A DNA stretch of 64,000 nt from a virus, in IMG/VR virus record IMGVR_UViG_3300032180_000001, positions 64,001 to 128,000 of that record; one strand, written 5' to 3'. The notes beneath the pieces were generated by a model. It saw only the letters and a list, made by a program, of their open reading frames with translations. It was not told the DNA's origin and did no database searches. Positions 16,396 to 25,628 of this stretch are shown here, in pieces (within the stretch, counting starts at the first letter, position 1; each line of letters starts with the position of its first letter). The position numbers and the translations under genes were made by a program.

Positions 16396-16554
16396 CTATC
16401 GTGCTTCCGGTTTCTTCTCTTCCGGCCGGTACTCCCAGGTTCGCCAGCCAGTCCGTCGGAAGCCCTCGCGCTTCAGCCGCCGAACCTGCCACGGCCAGGA
16501 GATCGCAATCCAGATCCGCAGGAAGAAACGGCTGCGCCGGGGAACACCCTCCAT
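16396..16554 (-). CDS. small basic hypothetical protein
   Basis: MEGVPRRSRFFLRIWIAISWPWQVRRLKREG...; C-terminal part of the long ORF-track call. Confidence 0.4.
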   Translation of the reverse strand: MEGVPRRSRFFLRIWIAISWPWQVRRLKREGFRRTGWRTWEYRPEEKKPEAR

Positions 16555-16722
16555 GCCTAACGGACCTTTCCGGGTAATCTGGGAGCCACCGCACGATACG
16601 GTCTGGCTGGCCACGCTGCTCCCCCAAGTGCTGGAGATGGCGATAGTCTGCGGACTCGTTGTGTCGAAGTTTACCCCGGTAGCTTGGTTGTCGAACAAAG
16701 TATTACATGTTATGCTAAAACC

Positions 16723-17433
16723 ATGAGCGGACCAGCAGGCGTTACCTACCCGCCCGGCTATCGTTTCGGCCGGGGCACCGTCATTGAAGAAGTCAGGTTT
16801 CCCACAACAGACCCCCGGTACCGGAGCGGCGTTCGCGGCATAAGACTGAGGTGTGACTGCGGAAACGTTTACGAAGTTCGGCTCGCAGCGCTGACTAAAA
16901 AGTATAAGCCAACCCAATCGTGCGGATGCCTGATGCGGGAAGTAGCACAAACAGCCTCCATAACGCATGGTCTTACTTATCACCCTCTTTACGAAGAATG
17001 GAGTAACATCAAACAGCGATGTTATAACCCGGATAATACCTCGTTCAGGTGGTATGGAGGGAGAATCACCCTGTGCAAGCGCTGGCACGATCCTGAGCTT
17101 TTCATAAAGGATATATTGGCCGAAATCGGTCCGAGACCTAAGGGGCGCACCCTGTCGGGAAAGATGCCAGCTTGGTGGATCGACCGTATCGATAATGATG
17201 GTGACTATAAACAAGGTAACGTCCGCTGGGTCACGCCAACTAAATCGACTCATAATCAACGTAGACACTGGGATACTAAACTTGATCCCGAGAAGATAAT
17301 TGATATTAAGCGACGGCTCATTGCAGGTGAGAGCGGGATTTCGATAGCCAGATCTTACGGTGTATCGAAAGGGCATATTAGCCGAATTAAAACCGGTAAA
17401 GCATGGTCTCATATCAAGGACCTTTCCGGGTGA
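16723..17433 (+). CDS. HNH endonuclease with C-terminal HTH (antisense insertion)
   Basis: HPLY..W..IKQRCYNP...YGGRI...IDRIDNDGDY..GNVRWVT; HTH IARSYGVSKGHISRIKTG; TGnTATGCT 6 nt before ATG 16723. Confidence 0.85.
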   Translation: MSGPAGVTYPPGYRFGRGTVIEEVRFPTTDPRYRSGVRGIRLRCDCGNVYEVRLAALTKKYKPTQSCGCLMREVAQTASITHGLTYHPLYEEWSNIKQRCYNPDNTSFRWYGGRITLCKRWHDPELFIKDILAEIGPRPKGRTLSGKMPAWWIDRIDNDGDYKQGNVRWVTPTKSTHNQRRHWDTKLDPEKIIDIKRRLIAGESGISIARSYGVSKGHISRIKTGKAWSHIKDLSG

Positions 17434-19669
17434 GCTGACTGCCACCGCACGATACGGTCTGGCTGGCAACGCTGCTCCCCCAGACGCTAGAAATGGCGAT
17501 AGTCTGCGCGCTAGTCGTATCGAATGCTACGGACGTACTTTGTGAGCTTAGGTATGCGTTGTTATTATTTGATCCCGATGAGCGATTGGCGTTGATTCCG
17601 ATCCCGCCATCGATAAAAAGGCTTACCTTACCCGAAGATCCGGCAGTAGTTATCATTGCTTTCAACGTGATATGCCCGGAAAATGCCTGACCAGCACTGA
17701 AGAATCCTCCGCCGATTGTGTCGCCTCCGCTAGTCGTCTCAACGGTGCCCGACAGGTTCGGCTTAAACCCGAGCGTAGCTGTTTCGAAGGTACCATTAAA
17801 CTCCGCTTCCACCTCATAAATGGTACCGACTACCGCGTCATTCGCCGGAATGGCCCAGGCGACTGTCATCAACTGCGTGCCATTATTGGCGTTAGTCTTG
17901 GCAGTCGTGTCCGTCTGCACGATCGGGAAGGTTCCGGAAAATGCAGCGTTAGTCAGTCCAGACGGCCTGCCAGAGAGCGTTACCGTTCCTCCGATAGCCT
18001 GAATCTCAACACCTTCCGTACCTGCCTGGATCAGGAAACCGGTCGTCGGGTTCCACCATTGAAGTGCCCCTATGGCAGACCACGGGCTGACGCTCCCGGT
18101 CATCGCACTGGCCTTGTACCAGTTGATCGCACCGCCTTGCTGGAGCTGCATCGCAATGTAACCAGATCCAGTAATCGTGTCAGGCCCGTAGGTTACCAGC
18201 CCGGGGAGCAGCCAGTTACCGTACTGATCCTGAGCTTCCGACGGCGCGACGTTGCTTGCCAGCAGGGTATTCGCACCTCCGACGGACAAGTACTGGCCGC
18301 TCACGGTACCGTCCGCCCCGTTACCGCCCTTTGGCGGGGCCGCAGCGGTGTGCCCGTACACGGTAAGAACCGGCGCCTGGGTACCGCCGCCGGCTCCGGC
18401 GAAAGAACAGCGATAGCTCGTATCCAGAGCAGGAGCGAGGCCGAAGGTTAGCGCGGTGGCGGTCCCGGCCTTCAAGGCGGTAAGAAAGCCGGTGGCCGCG
18501 GTGAGATCGATCACCGTGGTAACGCCCGCAAAGGCAGTGAAACTCTGGATTTGCGTGATGGCCGGAGACAGGCCGGTCCAGGATGGTCCGATGCCCGGCC
18601 CAAAGGTCGCGTACCCAAGCTTGACGGTCGCCCAGGCGCTGTACGTGGTCAGGCAGGTCAAGGTTAGCGTTACCCGGTCGATGGTCACGGTTGCCAGGTC
18701 GCTGGCTATCGACGACGGCAGGATCATGCCAGATTTCTGGGTGCCGTACAAGTTCCCCGGGCTGCCGGAAACGCCACCCTGATGCAGGGTGCCATCCGAG
18801 GGCGTAGAATTAGCCAGCTGATTGGCGCCACCTCCGATCGCGTCACTGCCATTCCAGGTTCCAGACAACGTTGGGTTGTAGACATGCGTGACCTGACCCG
18901 CTGCCGAGGCCGCCCCCGCACCGCCGCCGCCCGCACCAGGCGACGCACCGTTGCTGCCGCTAACGCCCGCATTACCGCCGGCACCGCCCGCGCCGCCGCC
19001 AATCGAGCCTGCTAGGCCACCCAGGGCTCCACCGCTCCCGCCAGACGTAGCACCATCGCCGCCATCGTCGGCGTTTCCCGCGCTCCCGCCGCCACCGCAG
19101 CCGCCCGTTGACTGAGTGCCGTCACCGCCGCCGATGCCGCCGTCCTGCCCGTTACTGCTGAGACCGGATGGAGCGCTGCCGCCCGTTCCGCCAGATCCCC
19201 CGATGAGGTTACTTCCGGCGTTACCTCCATTAGCTGATATTCCCCCGAGGGCGCTGCCGAGATCAAAGGAGGAAGCCGTGCCAGGCTGACCAGGATTTCC
19301 GGTTGTACCGCCGCTGCCGCCCGCGCCAACGGTATATGAATATATTTGACCTGGGGTTACTGGATAAGCTGGGCAGGAAAAGTACTCGCCTCCGCCGCCG
19401 CCTTCCCCGCCTTTCGCCGATGTTCCGCCGCCACCGCCCGCTCCCGCACCCCAGCACTGCATCAGAAGCGACGTTACACCGGCCGGGCAGGTCCAGGTAT
19501 ACGTTCCCGCAGCGGTGGCTGGCATTCCGGCGGGACTGTTAGCCGTAATTTCCCAGACAATGCTTCCGTTCGGCGGCGGCTGCGCGACAAGCGCGTTGAA
19601 CCGCTGTTCCAGTCCCTGCAGCTTCGCGAGGCCCTTGGGCAGAAGCTGTGCTCTCGAAGGGGTGGGCAT
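17414..19669 (-). CDS. glycine-rich minor tail / tail fibre protein
   Basis: WTCPAGVTSLLMQCWGAGAGGGGG glycine-rich domain; position after tail genes; start adjusted to MPTPSRAQ. Confidence 0.75.
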   Translation of the reverse strand: MPTPSRAQLLPKGLAKLQGLEQRFNALVAQPPPNGSIVWEITANSPAGMPATAAGTYTWTCPAGVTSLLMQCWGAGAGGGGGTSAKGGEGGGGGEYFSCPAYPVTPGQIYSYTVGAGGSGGTTGNPGQPGTASSFDLGSALGGISANGGNAGSNLIGGSGGTGGSAPSGLSSNGQDGGIGGGDGTQSTGGCGGGGSAGNADDGGDGATSGGSGGALGGLAGSIGGGAGGAGGNAGVSGSNGASPGAGGGGAGAASAAGQVTHVYNPTLSGTWNGSDAIGGGANQLANSTPSDGTLHQGGVSGSPGNLYGTQKSGMILPSSIASDLATVTIDRVTLTLTCLTTYSAWATVKLGYATFGPGIGPSWTGLSPAITQIQSFTAFAGVTTVIDLTAATGFLTALKAGTATALTFGLAPALDTSYRCSFAGAGGGTQAPVLTVYGHTAAAPPKGGNGADGTVSGQYLSVGGANTLLASNVAPSEAQDQYGNWLLPGLVTYGPDTITGSGYIAMQLQQGGAINWYKASAMTGSVSPWSAIGALQWWNPTTGFLIQAGTEGVEIQAIGGTVTLSGRPSGLTNAAFSGTFPIVQTDTTAKTNANNGTQLMTVAWAIPANDAVVGTIYEVEAEFNGTFETATLGFKPNLSGTVETTSGGDTIGGGFFSAGQAFSGHITLKAMITTAGSSGKVSLFIDGGIGINANRSSGSNNNNAYLSSQSTSVAFDTTSAQTIAISSVWGSSVASQTVSCGGSQLTRKGP

Positions 19670-19691
19670 CGTTTGTCGGTCCGTCCTCTGA

Positions 19692-21179
19692 TTAGAATTT
19701 TTCAGGATACATACTGGAAACCAGTGAAGCCATGTCCATCCGAACTCCAGCGAACGGCGTAATTGTTGCCGTATCCGTATCATTATCGAATTCATAAGAG
19801 CCAACGAGGAAAGTGATGGGGCCGGGGGTTACCTCGCCGCCAAGGCTCGCGTCGGTGCAGATCAGCTGGGCTACTTCCCCCGCGTGCTCGCAGCCGAGAT
19901 CAACCGGAACGCCACCCGGATTCAGGTACTGTCCCGGCCCGACGGTGAACGGCCCCGCCCAGTTGGCCCTTATATAACGAGACAGTATATTATTCCCGAT
20001 CGCCTGCGCCTGCGTGGCTGTAAGCGTGCCAGCCGAGGTAATGTCCTGGTAATATTCCAGCACCCCGTGTTTCTGCGCTGATGCTGTATTCTGCACGGTA
20101 GTCGTCGTAAATGTCGCGAGAACTTCTGCTACGAGCACCGCTCCGCTAGGCCCGGTTACTGCGGGGATATCCGGGGTCTCCTGATAACGCAGCACCAGGG
20201 TATTAATGTCCAGCGCGATGGTGCGCGCGACGGGCGTGGTGGCAACCAGCATGCGGGTGGGCTTCCCGTTCGGATTGCCTGCCGCGTCGGTGGGATACGG
20301 GAAGACCCGCAACTGCCACGGACCGCTCGGCAATGTTGACCCCTGGCCTTCTTGCACATCCCAGAGCAAACTACCGCCCGTGCAAATCAAAGTGAGATAA
20401 TCCGTAATGGTCTGGCTACCGGAATCCTGCTCTTGAAGAAGATAAACACCAGCCGGAGTGCCAATGCCGTGATTTACCCAGCGGAGTCCTCGGGTGATCG
20501 CTTCGTTGACATGGTCGTCGGGGTTACCCCACGTGGTGTACATGCTGGCGAAGTTCGTGCCAAGGGTGCCAGCTCCGTGTGCTGTGCAAGTCCAGCCGGC
20601 CGACGTGGGCTGCGGCTCGTCGAGGATGCCCTCCCATACGCATCCGGCACCGCGGAAGATCTGTATCACCCGTCCGGGATCAAGGGCATCGGTACGGGTT
20701 TCCGGTGGGATCTGCAATGTCCAGCTGGCCGCGTCCGGGCCACCAGGGCAGGTGAAAGAGTACTTGAGGCCACCGACGTGACCGATCGCGCCCAGCCAGC
20801 GGGGGTTTTTTGGCCGGGGCAGGATGTTTATCTCATCGGTCGCCACGGGCGTGACCGCAGGCAGCGGCGTGAACGATATTGTGTAGTTCGCTCCCGCACC
20901 TGGTGTTACCGTGCTGACCCGGAACACTGTCGGCTCTTTCAGCGATCCGCCTCCCGTTTGAAGCTGAAAAGCATCACCGGGCTGCGGAACATACCCGAAA
21001 AGCGTTCCCGTTACAAACGGCTGAACAACCACATAGGGAAGATAAAGACCTCCTGACTGTGAAGTCCCGGCCGACGTGATGGCGATAACGGTGCTCAGGC
21101 TCGGGCTTGTCGGCGAATAAGCCGGCCAAGCGGGTGCAAGGGAACATATCTGCGAACGACTTCGTGACTCCAATGGCAT
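19692..21179 (-). CDS. minor tail protein (Tal/hub-like)
   Basis: Position and ...GPDAASW...GRVIQIFRGAGCVWEGILDEP pattern. Confidence 0.65.
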   Translation of the reverse strand: MPLESRSRSQICSLAPAWPAYSPTSPSLSTVIAITSAGTSQSGGLYLPYVVVQPFVTGTLFGYVPQPGDAFQLQTGGGSLKEPTVFRVSTVTPGAGANYTISFTPLPAVTPVATDEINILPRPKNPRWLGAIGHVGGLKYSFTCPGGPDAASWTLQIPPETRTDALDPGRVIQIFRGAGCVWEGILDEPQPTSAGWTCTAHGAGTLGTNFASMYTTWGNPDDHVNEAITRGLRWVNHGIGTPAGVYLLQEQDSGSQTITDYLTLICTGGSLLWDVQEGQGSTLPSGPWQLRVFPYPTDAAGNPNGKPTRMLVATTPVARTIALDINTLVLRYQETPDIPAVTGPSGAVLVAEVLATFTTTTVQNTASAQKHGVLEYYQDITSAGTLTATQAQAIGNNILSRYIRANWAGPFTVGPGQYLNPGGVPVDLGCEHAGEVAQLICTDASLGGEVTPGPITFLVGSYEFDNDTDTATITPFAGVRMDMASLVSSMYPEKF

Positions 21180-21520
21180 TAGCTAATCACCCATCTTCCG
21201 TTTATTAGCTGACCATGATCACCGCAATGACAGAGCAGCGATGGTGAAAGTGTCAGTGGTTCCCAGGACAGTACCTGCCAGAACGGGCCTCCTAGAAGCT
21301 GTCGTTGCACCGGGCCGTCAAAGGTAATCGATCCTTCGCAGAATCCGTTCTTCTGGCAGAACTCGTTACCGTCATCCGGACGCAAATCATGTCCGACTAT
21401 TGCCCCCCATTTTTCTACATCCGGAAATTTCGCGTACTGCGGGTTCAGCTTCCGGTCCGGTCCCCATGAGGTAAAATGGAGCCAGTGGGCGCTGCCGAGA
21501 TCAAGCCGTGGGCTAGTCAT
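21179..21520 (-). CDS. small Zn-binding protein (DUF6527-like)
   Basis: WQVLSWEPLTLSPSLLCHCGDHGQLINGRW. Confidence 0.55.
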   Translation of the reverse strand: MTSPRLDLGSAHWLHFTSWGPDRKLNPQYAKFPDVEKWGAIVGHDLRPDDGNEFCQKNGFCEGSITFDGPVQRQLLGGPFWQVLSWEPLTLSPSLLCHCGDHGQLINGRWVIS

Positions 21521-24500
21521 AAGACGAGACGCTCCAAGAACCAACGATTCACAAAAGTTACACCGAGCGAGGGTGCCCCGGAGGGACTGTACGCGAACAA
21601 CAGGTTGTCGGTTTTGTTCTGTCCGCCATCCAGGTAGAAGGGACCACCACTGGGGATTGCCGAATCGAGTACGCTGACGGCCTGGCTCCTGTCCAGGTCG
21701 CTGCCCAGGATCCGGCCGAGGTCTCTGTCAGTTGACGGCTCGTCGATGTAGAAGTTGGTGTACACTCCGCCAGACGGGATATTAACGATAACGGTCTGTC
21801 CCTGAGTGTCGATAAACAGCACGTCAAGGAACTGATCTTCCAAATCAGTATCGGTGATGGACACCGTAAAGTATCCCGACGTGTTACTGAAATCGATATC
21901 CTTGACGGGCAGTGTCATCTCACCCATCATCACGATTCCATTCACGATATCAGTGGCTGGCGTAAAGGTACGATTAATCGTAGTCTGAAAAGGTGCCTTC
22001 GACTTCCCAAGGTACTCATACTGGTTGACAGTAATGGTCATTCGCCGTGATGCGGTGGGGTTGTCCCAGTTGTACGCTACGGCTATTACACTGTACGTAC
22101 CGTCGAATAGAGCATTCTGACCTGCTATGAGGGTCGGAACTTTATATTCAATGCCCGTGGGGAGGTCTGCAGTGTTCAAGATTGGCACACAGGGGTTAAG
22201 TGACGGCGGAGCATTATGCCCGGGTCGGTGTACGATGAGGGTGCCGAATGGTGCGAGTGGCGGAGTATGCGTCAGGGTGATAGAACCTTGCCCGCCGAGA
22301 CCGCCCGCGACGGCATTACCGGAAGAGTAATCCGCACCGCCTCCGCCACCGCCGGGTGCTGAACCAGATAGGCCCACTGTATTCGCGACGGTTGCGCCAT
22401 TCCCGCCCTTGCCACCACCTTTTACTGCGGGTGCGCCGGTTCCGCCTGACGCTCCGGCCGTCCCCGCAGTGCCTGTCGCTGCAGATCCGCCAGAGCCGCC
22501 GCCGCCACCACCATTCGTGCCGCCGAGGCCGCCCGCGCCGCCATCGTGATGTGTGGTGGCCGAGCTTCCGGTACCACCAAGACCACCCGTCGTGCTGTTC
22601 AGCAAAGTTGCCTTGCCGCCGTGCGCGGTCACCGTGACGCCAGCCGTGCCGGAGGCCCCAGTCCAGCCCGGATAGGTCCCGAAGGTAGTACTTCCGCCGT
22701 CTACCGGGCTCCCGGATGCCACCGTATAGGTGAGCACGATCTGCCCGGTACTACCATTCGCACCAGGGTTGTTCACGCCAGTGTTAGGATTGGTGTAACC
22801 GCCGCCCCCGCCTCCGCCAGGCGCCCCGCCAGCTGTCGGCCAGCCGGGCGAACTCGCGCCATTGCCGCCCGCACCGCCGCCAGTCACCGCAGTAGCGCCC
22901 GTGCCACCAGTCATGCCCGACGCGTTGTTACCGGTGTTCCCGCCGGCCGCGCTCCCGCCAGACCCGCCGCCGCCGCCGGCGCCGTAAGAGGGAGATGTTC
23001 CGCCGGCACCGCCGTCGTGATGCGTTGTGTTTGCGCTGCCTGTACCGCCCACGCCACCGAGAGTGCCGCCGGGCTTCTCGGTCAGTCCGCCGTTCGCGGT
23101 CACGGTCTGATGCGCGGTGGCGGGCGTATCGCCAGCGAACGTAGTGGTGCCGCCAACAGCGCCCTGGAAGCCAGCGAGACCCCAGTTACCACCCAGCCCG
23201 CCCACGCCAACGGTAAACGGATAAGAGGTTCCCGGTGTAACGGCTACGGCTGGTTCCGCCGCGTATTCTCCGCCTCCGCCGCCACCGCCGCCCGCCGCTC
23301 CGCCCGACCCGCCGCCCCAGCATTCAGCTTTAACCGCGGTCACCCCGGCGGGGCAGGTCCACGACCCGTTACCTGCCTGATTGAAGGTCACTACAACCGG
23401 GGCTGCACCGGACTGGCCGCCCGTCCCGCATGCGTAAGGCACCGGGGTACCCGCTGCGACGGTCAGCACCTGTGAGGCGTACTCGCCGCCGCCTCCACCG
23501 CCACCGAGACCTGCTGTTGACCTGGCACCGCCGGATCCGCCAGCGCCCACGCATTCAGCCGTTACCGATGTTACTCCGTTAGGCGGCCACCACAGGCCGG
23601 TGCTGCCGGTTAGCGTCTGGGTAATGACTGCCTGACTGGGCAGCTGGAACTGAGCCGAGAACGGGGTTCGGGCAGTACCGGGTACGCCCATAATATTGTA
23701 GTTAACACCGCGCACCGAGGCCGGAGTCGAGATCGACGGCGGATTGGCCACGATATTATCGAGCCAGGCGTTCATCAGTCGCCACTCGGACCAGCCGCCG
23801 CTAACCCGATGGTTGGAGATCACGAGTTTGTAGGCTGTTATCCCGTTATAATTGAATCCGGCAGTTCCCTGCGGAATAGCCGCAGTCAGCCGAGTCCATT
23901 TAGGAGCTTCTGAACTGACAGACCAGGGCGTTTTCTTTCCGGTGACGTGAAAGGACAGTGTATGGCCACTGTTGTCAGTGAGCGTCCAGTTTAGTGTTAC
24001 GTCAGAAGCGAACGGCACCCACGGCTTCCCGTGCGGCGCATCAAAACTCTGCCCGAACCAGACGGACAGCGCGGTCAGGCCAGCGATGCTCAGCGACAAC
24101 CCGGTTCTGGTATATACGGCGGTTACGTTCGCGTTCGCAGACGGCTGGGTGTACCGCGCTGAATGCGGTCCGACGACGAACTGCGTTGCCGACTGCGTCC
24201 AATTGGTACCGGAGACCGATGAGAAATTGTCGAGCGTGACGGCAGGCGGCGGAGCGGACTGGCCGGTCAGCGGGGAAGCAAAGTTAACGGTAGTCTGTCC
24301 TGCTGGATCGGTCCGCCCGTAGGGCAGCGCCTGGAAGCTCAGCGTGATCCCGGCGATGGGCGTAACTGCTTCCGGCGCGAATCCGTAACTGTTAACCGTC
24401 GGCAGCGCCCGGAAACAATCAAAAACCTGCGTGAGCCCGGTGCTCGCCGGAGTCCAGGATAGCGTCCAGGTTTGCGCGTCTACCGTCGCCATCAATAGTT

Positions 24501-24819
24501 CTTTTGCCGCAGCAAGAGTTACGTAATCAGGCGCACGGATAATAATCGGCAGCGTGATCGTCCGGTTGCTGGCCCGGTAACCGAAAGGACGCTCGCCATC
24601 CAGCAGCAGGCTCTGGACTAGGTCAGTAGTCGGCTGTGGTGTCCCCAGGTCATAGTTAGCAGGAGCGCCTACCGTTGTGCCCCCGCCGGCCGGATTGTAC
24701 AGCCGGAAGGTAGCACCAACACCATTGGCATTCATTAGCTCTGGTATGTCACTTTGAACAGGTGTATTCCCGCCAAGCAACTCAAACAAATCAGCAATTA
24801 CAAGCGAGTCACTTGACAT
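21517..24819 (-). CDS. distal-tail-like protein with glycine-rich insertions (1100 aa)
   Basis: Follows the tape measure gene; N-terminal NRTITLPIIIRA Dit-like region plus repeated Gly-rich units. Confidence 0.7.
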   Translation of the reverse strand: MSSDSLVIADLFELLGGNTPVQSDIPELMNANGVGATFRLYNPAGGGTTVGAPANYDLGTPQPTTDLVQSLLLDGERPFGYRASNRTITLPIIIRAPDYVTLAAAKELLMATVDAQTWTLSWTPASTGLTQVFDCFRALPTVNSYGFAPEAVTPIAGITLSFQALPYGRTDPAGQTTVNFASPLTGQSAPPPAVTLDNFSSVSGTNWTQSATQFVVGPHSARYTQPSANANVTAVYTRTGLSLSIAGLTALSVWFGQSFDAPHGKPWVPFASDVTLNWTLTDNSGHTLSFHVTGKKTPWSVSSEAPKWTRLTAAIPQGTAGFNYNGITAYKLVISNHRVSGGWSEWRLMNAWLDNIVANPPSISTPASVRGVNYNIMGVPGTARTPFSAQFQLPSQAVITQTLTGSTGLWWPPNGVTSVTAECVGAGGSGGARSTAGLGGGGGGGEYASQVLTVAAGTPVPYACGTGGQSGAAPVVVTFNQAGNGSWTCPAGVTAVKAECWGGGSGGAAGGGGGGGGEYAAEPAVAVTPGTSYPFTVGVGGLGGNWGLAGFQGAVGGTTTFAGDTPATAHQTVTANGGLTEKPGGTLGGVGGTGSANTTHHDGGAGGTSPSYGAGGGGGSGGSAAGGNTGNNASGMTGGTGATAVTGGGAGGNGASSPGWPTAGGAPGGGGGGGYTNPNTGVNNPGANGSTGQIVLTYTVASGSPVDGGSTTFGTYPGWTGASGTAGVTVTAHGGKATLLNSTTGGLGGTGSSATTHHDGGAGGLGGTNGGGGGGSGGSAATGTAGTAGASGGTGAPAVKGGGKGGNGATVANTVGLSGSAPGGGGGGADYSSGNAVAGGLGGQGSITLTHTPPLAPFGTLIVHRPGHNAPPSLNPCVPILNTADLPTGIEYKVPTLIAGQNALFDGTYSVIAVAYNWDNPTASRRMTITVNQYEYLGKSKAPFQTTINRTFTPATDIVNGIVMMGEMTLPVKDIDFSNTSGYFTVSITDTDLEDQFLDVLFIDTQGQTVIVNIPSGGVYTNFYIDEPSTDRDLGRILGSDLDRSQAVSVLDSAIPSGGPFYLDGGQNKTDNLLFAYSPSGAPSLGVTFVNRWFLERLVL

Positions 24820-24847
24820 CGCAACCAGCTCCTAGCATCATGGAATC

Positions 24848-25594
24848 ATGAGTGAATCGAAGGAGCGCTGGCTCCCTGTTCCAAGGTACGAAGGCCTGTA
24901 TGAGGTATCCGATCTCGGCCAAGTTCGCAGTCTTGATCGTTACATACGAGGAAAGTACGGATCTCGTTTCCTTCGCGGACGAGTTCTTCACCCAGGTTCC
25001 CCTCGAAATGCGCGTCGAACTGTATCGCTGTGCCGCGATGGTGAACGTGAGACTCGTCTCGTAGGTAATCTGGTCCTGGAGGCATTCGTCAGCCCGCGCC
25101 CCGTAGGACAGGTAATACGCCATGGCCGGGCTGGAGGCGGTGCGCTTAATGACAGCCTGGATAATCTTGAATGGGGTACCCCAGAAGAGAACATGGGAGC
25201 GGACTGCCTTCGTGACGGCACAGATCGCAGGGGTGAAAAATGTGGAATGGCAAAGCTGACTGCAGCTATCGTCACGGAGATGCGCATCAGGTACCTGGCT
25301 GGAGAAACAGTAACTTCTCTCGCAGCAGAATTCGGAGTTAGCGAATCGACGGCAAGTAATGCGATAACCGGAAAGAGATGGAGCTGGCTGCCCGGTGCTG
25401 TGCCGATTGACAATAAACGTCGTGGAAAACAAGGAGAAAATCATCACGCTGCAAAGCTTACGGCCGAGATAGTCCGGGAATGCAGAATTCGTTACGCAGC
25501 AGGCGAAACTACATACGCACTTGCCGAAGAGTTCGGAGTAAAACAGCCAACCATGCAAAAGGCCATCTCGGGTAAAACCTGGAAGAACATTTAG
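24848..25594 (+). CDS. NUMOD4-HNH endonuclease with two C-terminal HTH repeats (antisense insertion)
   Basis: ERWLPVPRYEGLYEVSDLGQVRS NUMOD4; IRH...NDSLDNLEWGTPEEN; two AKLTA..V.E.R.RY.AGET...LA.EFGV repeats. Confidence 0.9.
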   Translation: MSESKERWLPVPRYEGLYEVSDLGQVRSLDRYIRGKYGSRFLRGRVLHPGSPRNARRTVSLCRDGERETRLVGNLVLEAFVSPRPVGQVIRHGRAGGGALNDSLDNLEWGTPEENMGADCLRDGTDRRGEKCGMAKLTAAIVTEMRIRYLAGETVTSLAAEFGVSESTASNAITGKRWSWLPGAVPIDNKRRGKQGENHHAAKLTAEIVRECRIRYAAGETTYALAEEFGVKQPTMQKAISGKTWKNI

Positions 25595-25628
25595 CCCCGC
25601 GATCACCAAACTGTCCGCAGTCATTTAA

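Noticed and set aside
16396-17469. 357-aa minus-strand ORF from the track
   Set aside because: It is the antisense shadow of the HNH gene joined to the orphan tail fibre end and a small downstream ORF.
24809-25624. 271-aa minus-strand ORF from the track
   Set aside because: Only the first ~9 codons are the old distal-tail start; the rest is antisense to the NUMOD4-HNH gene.
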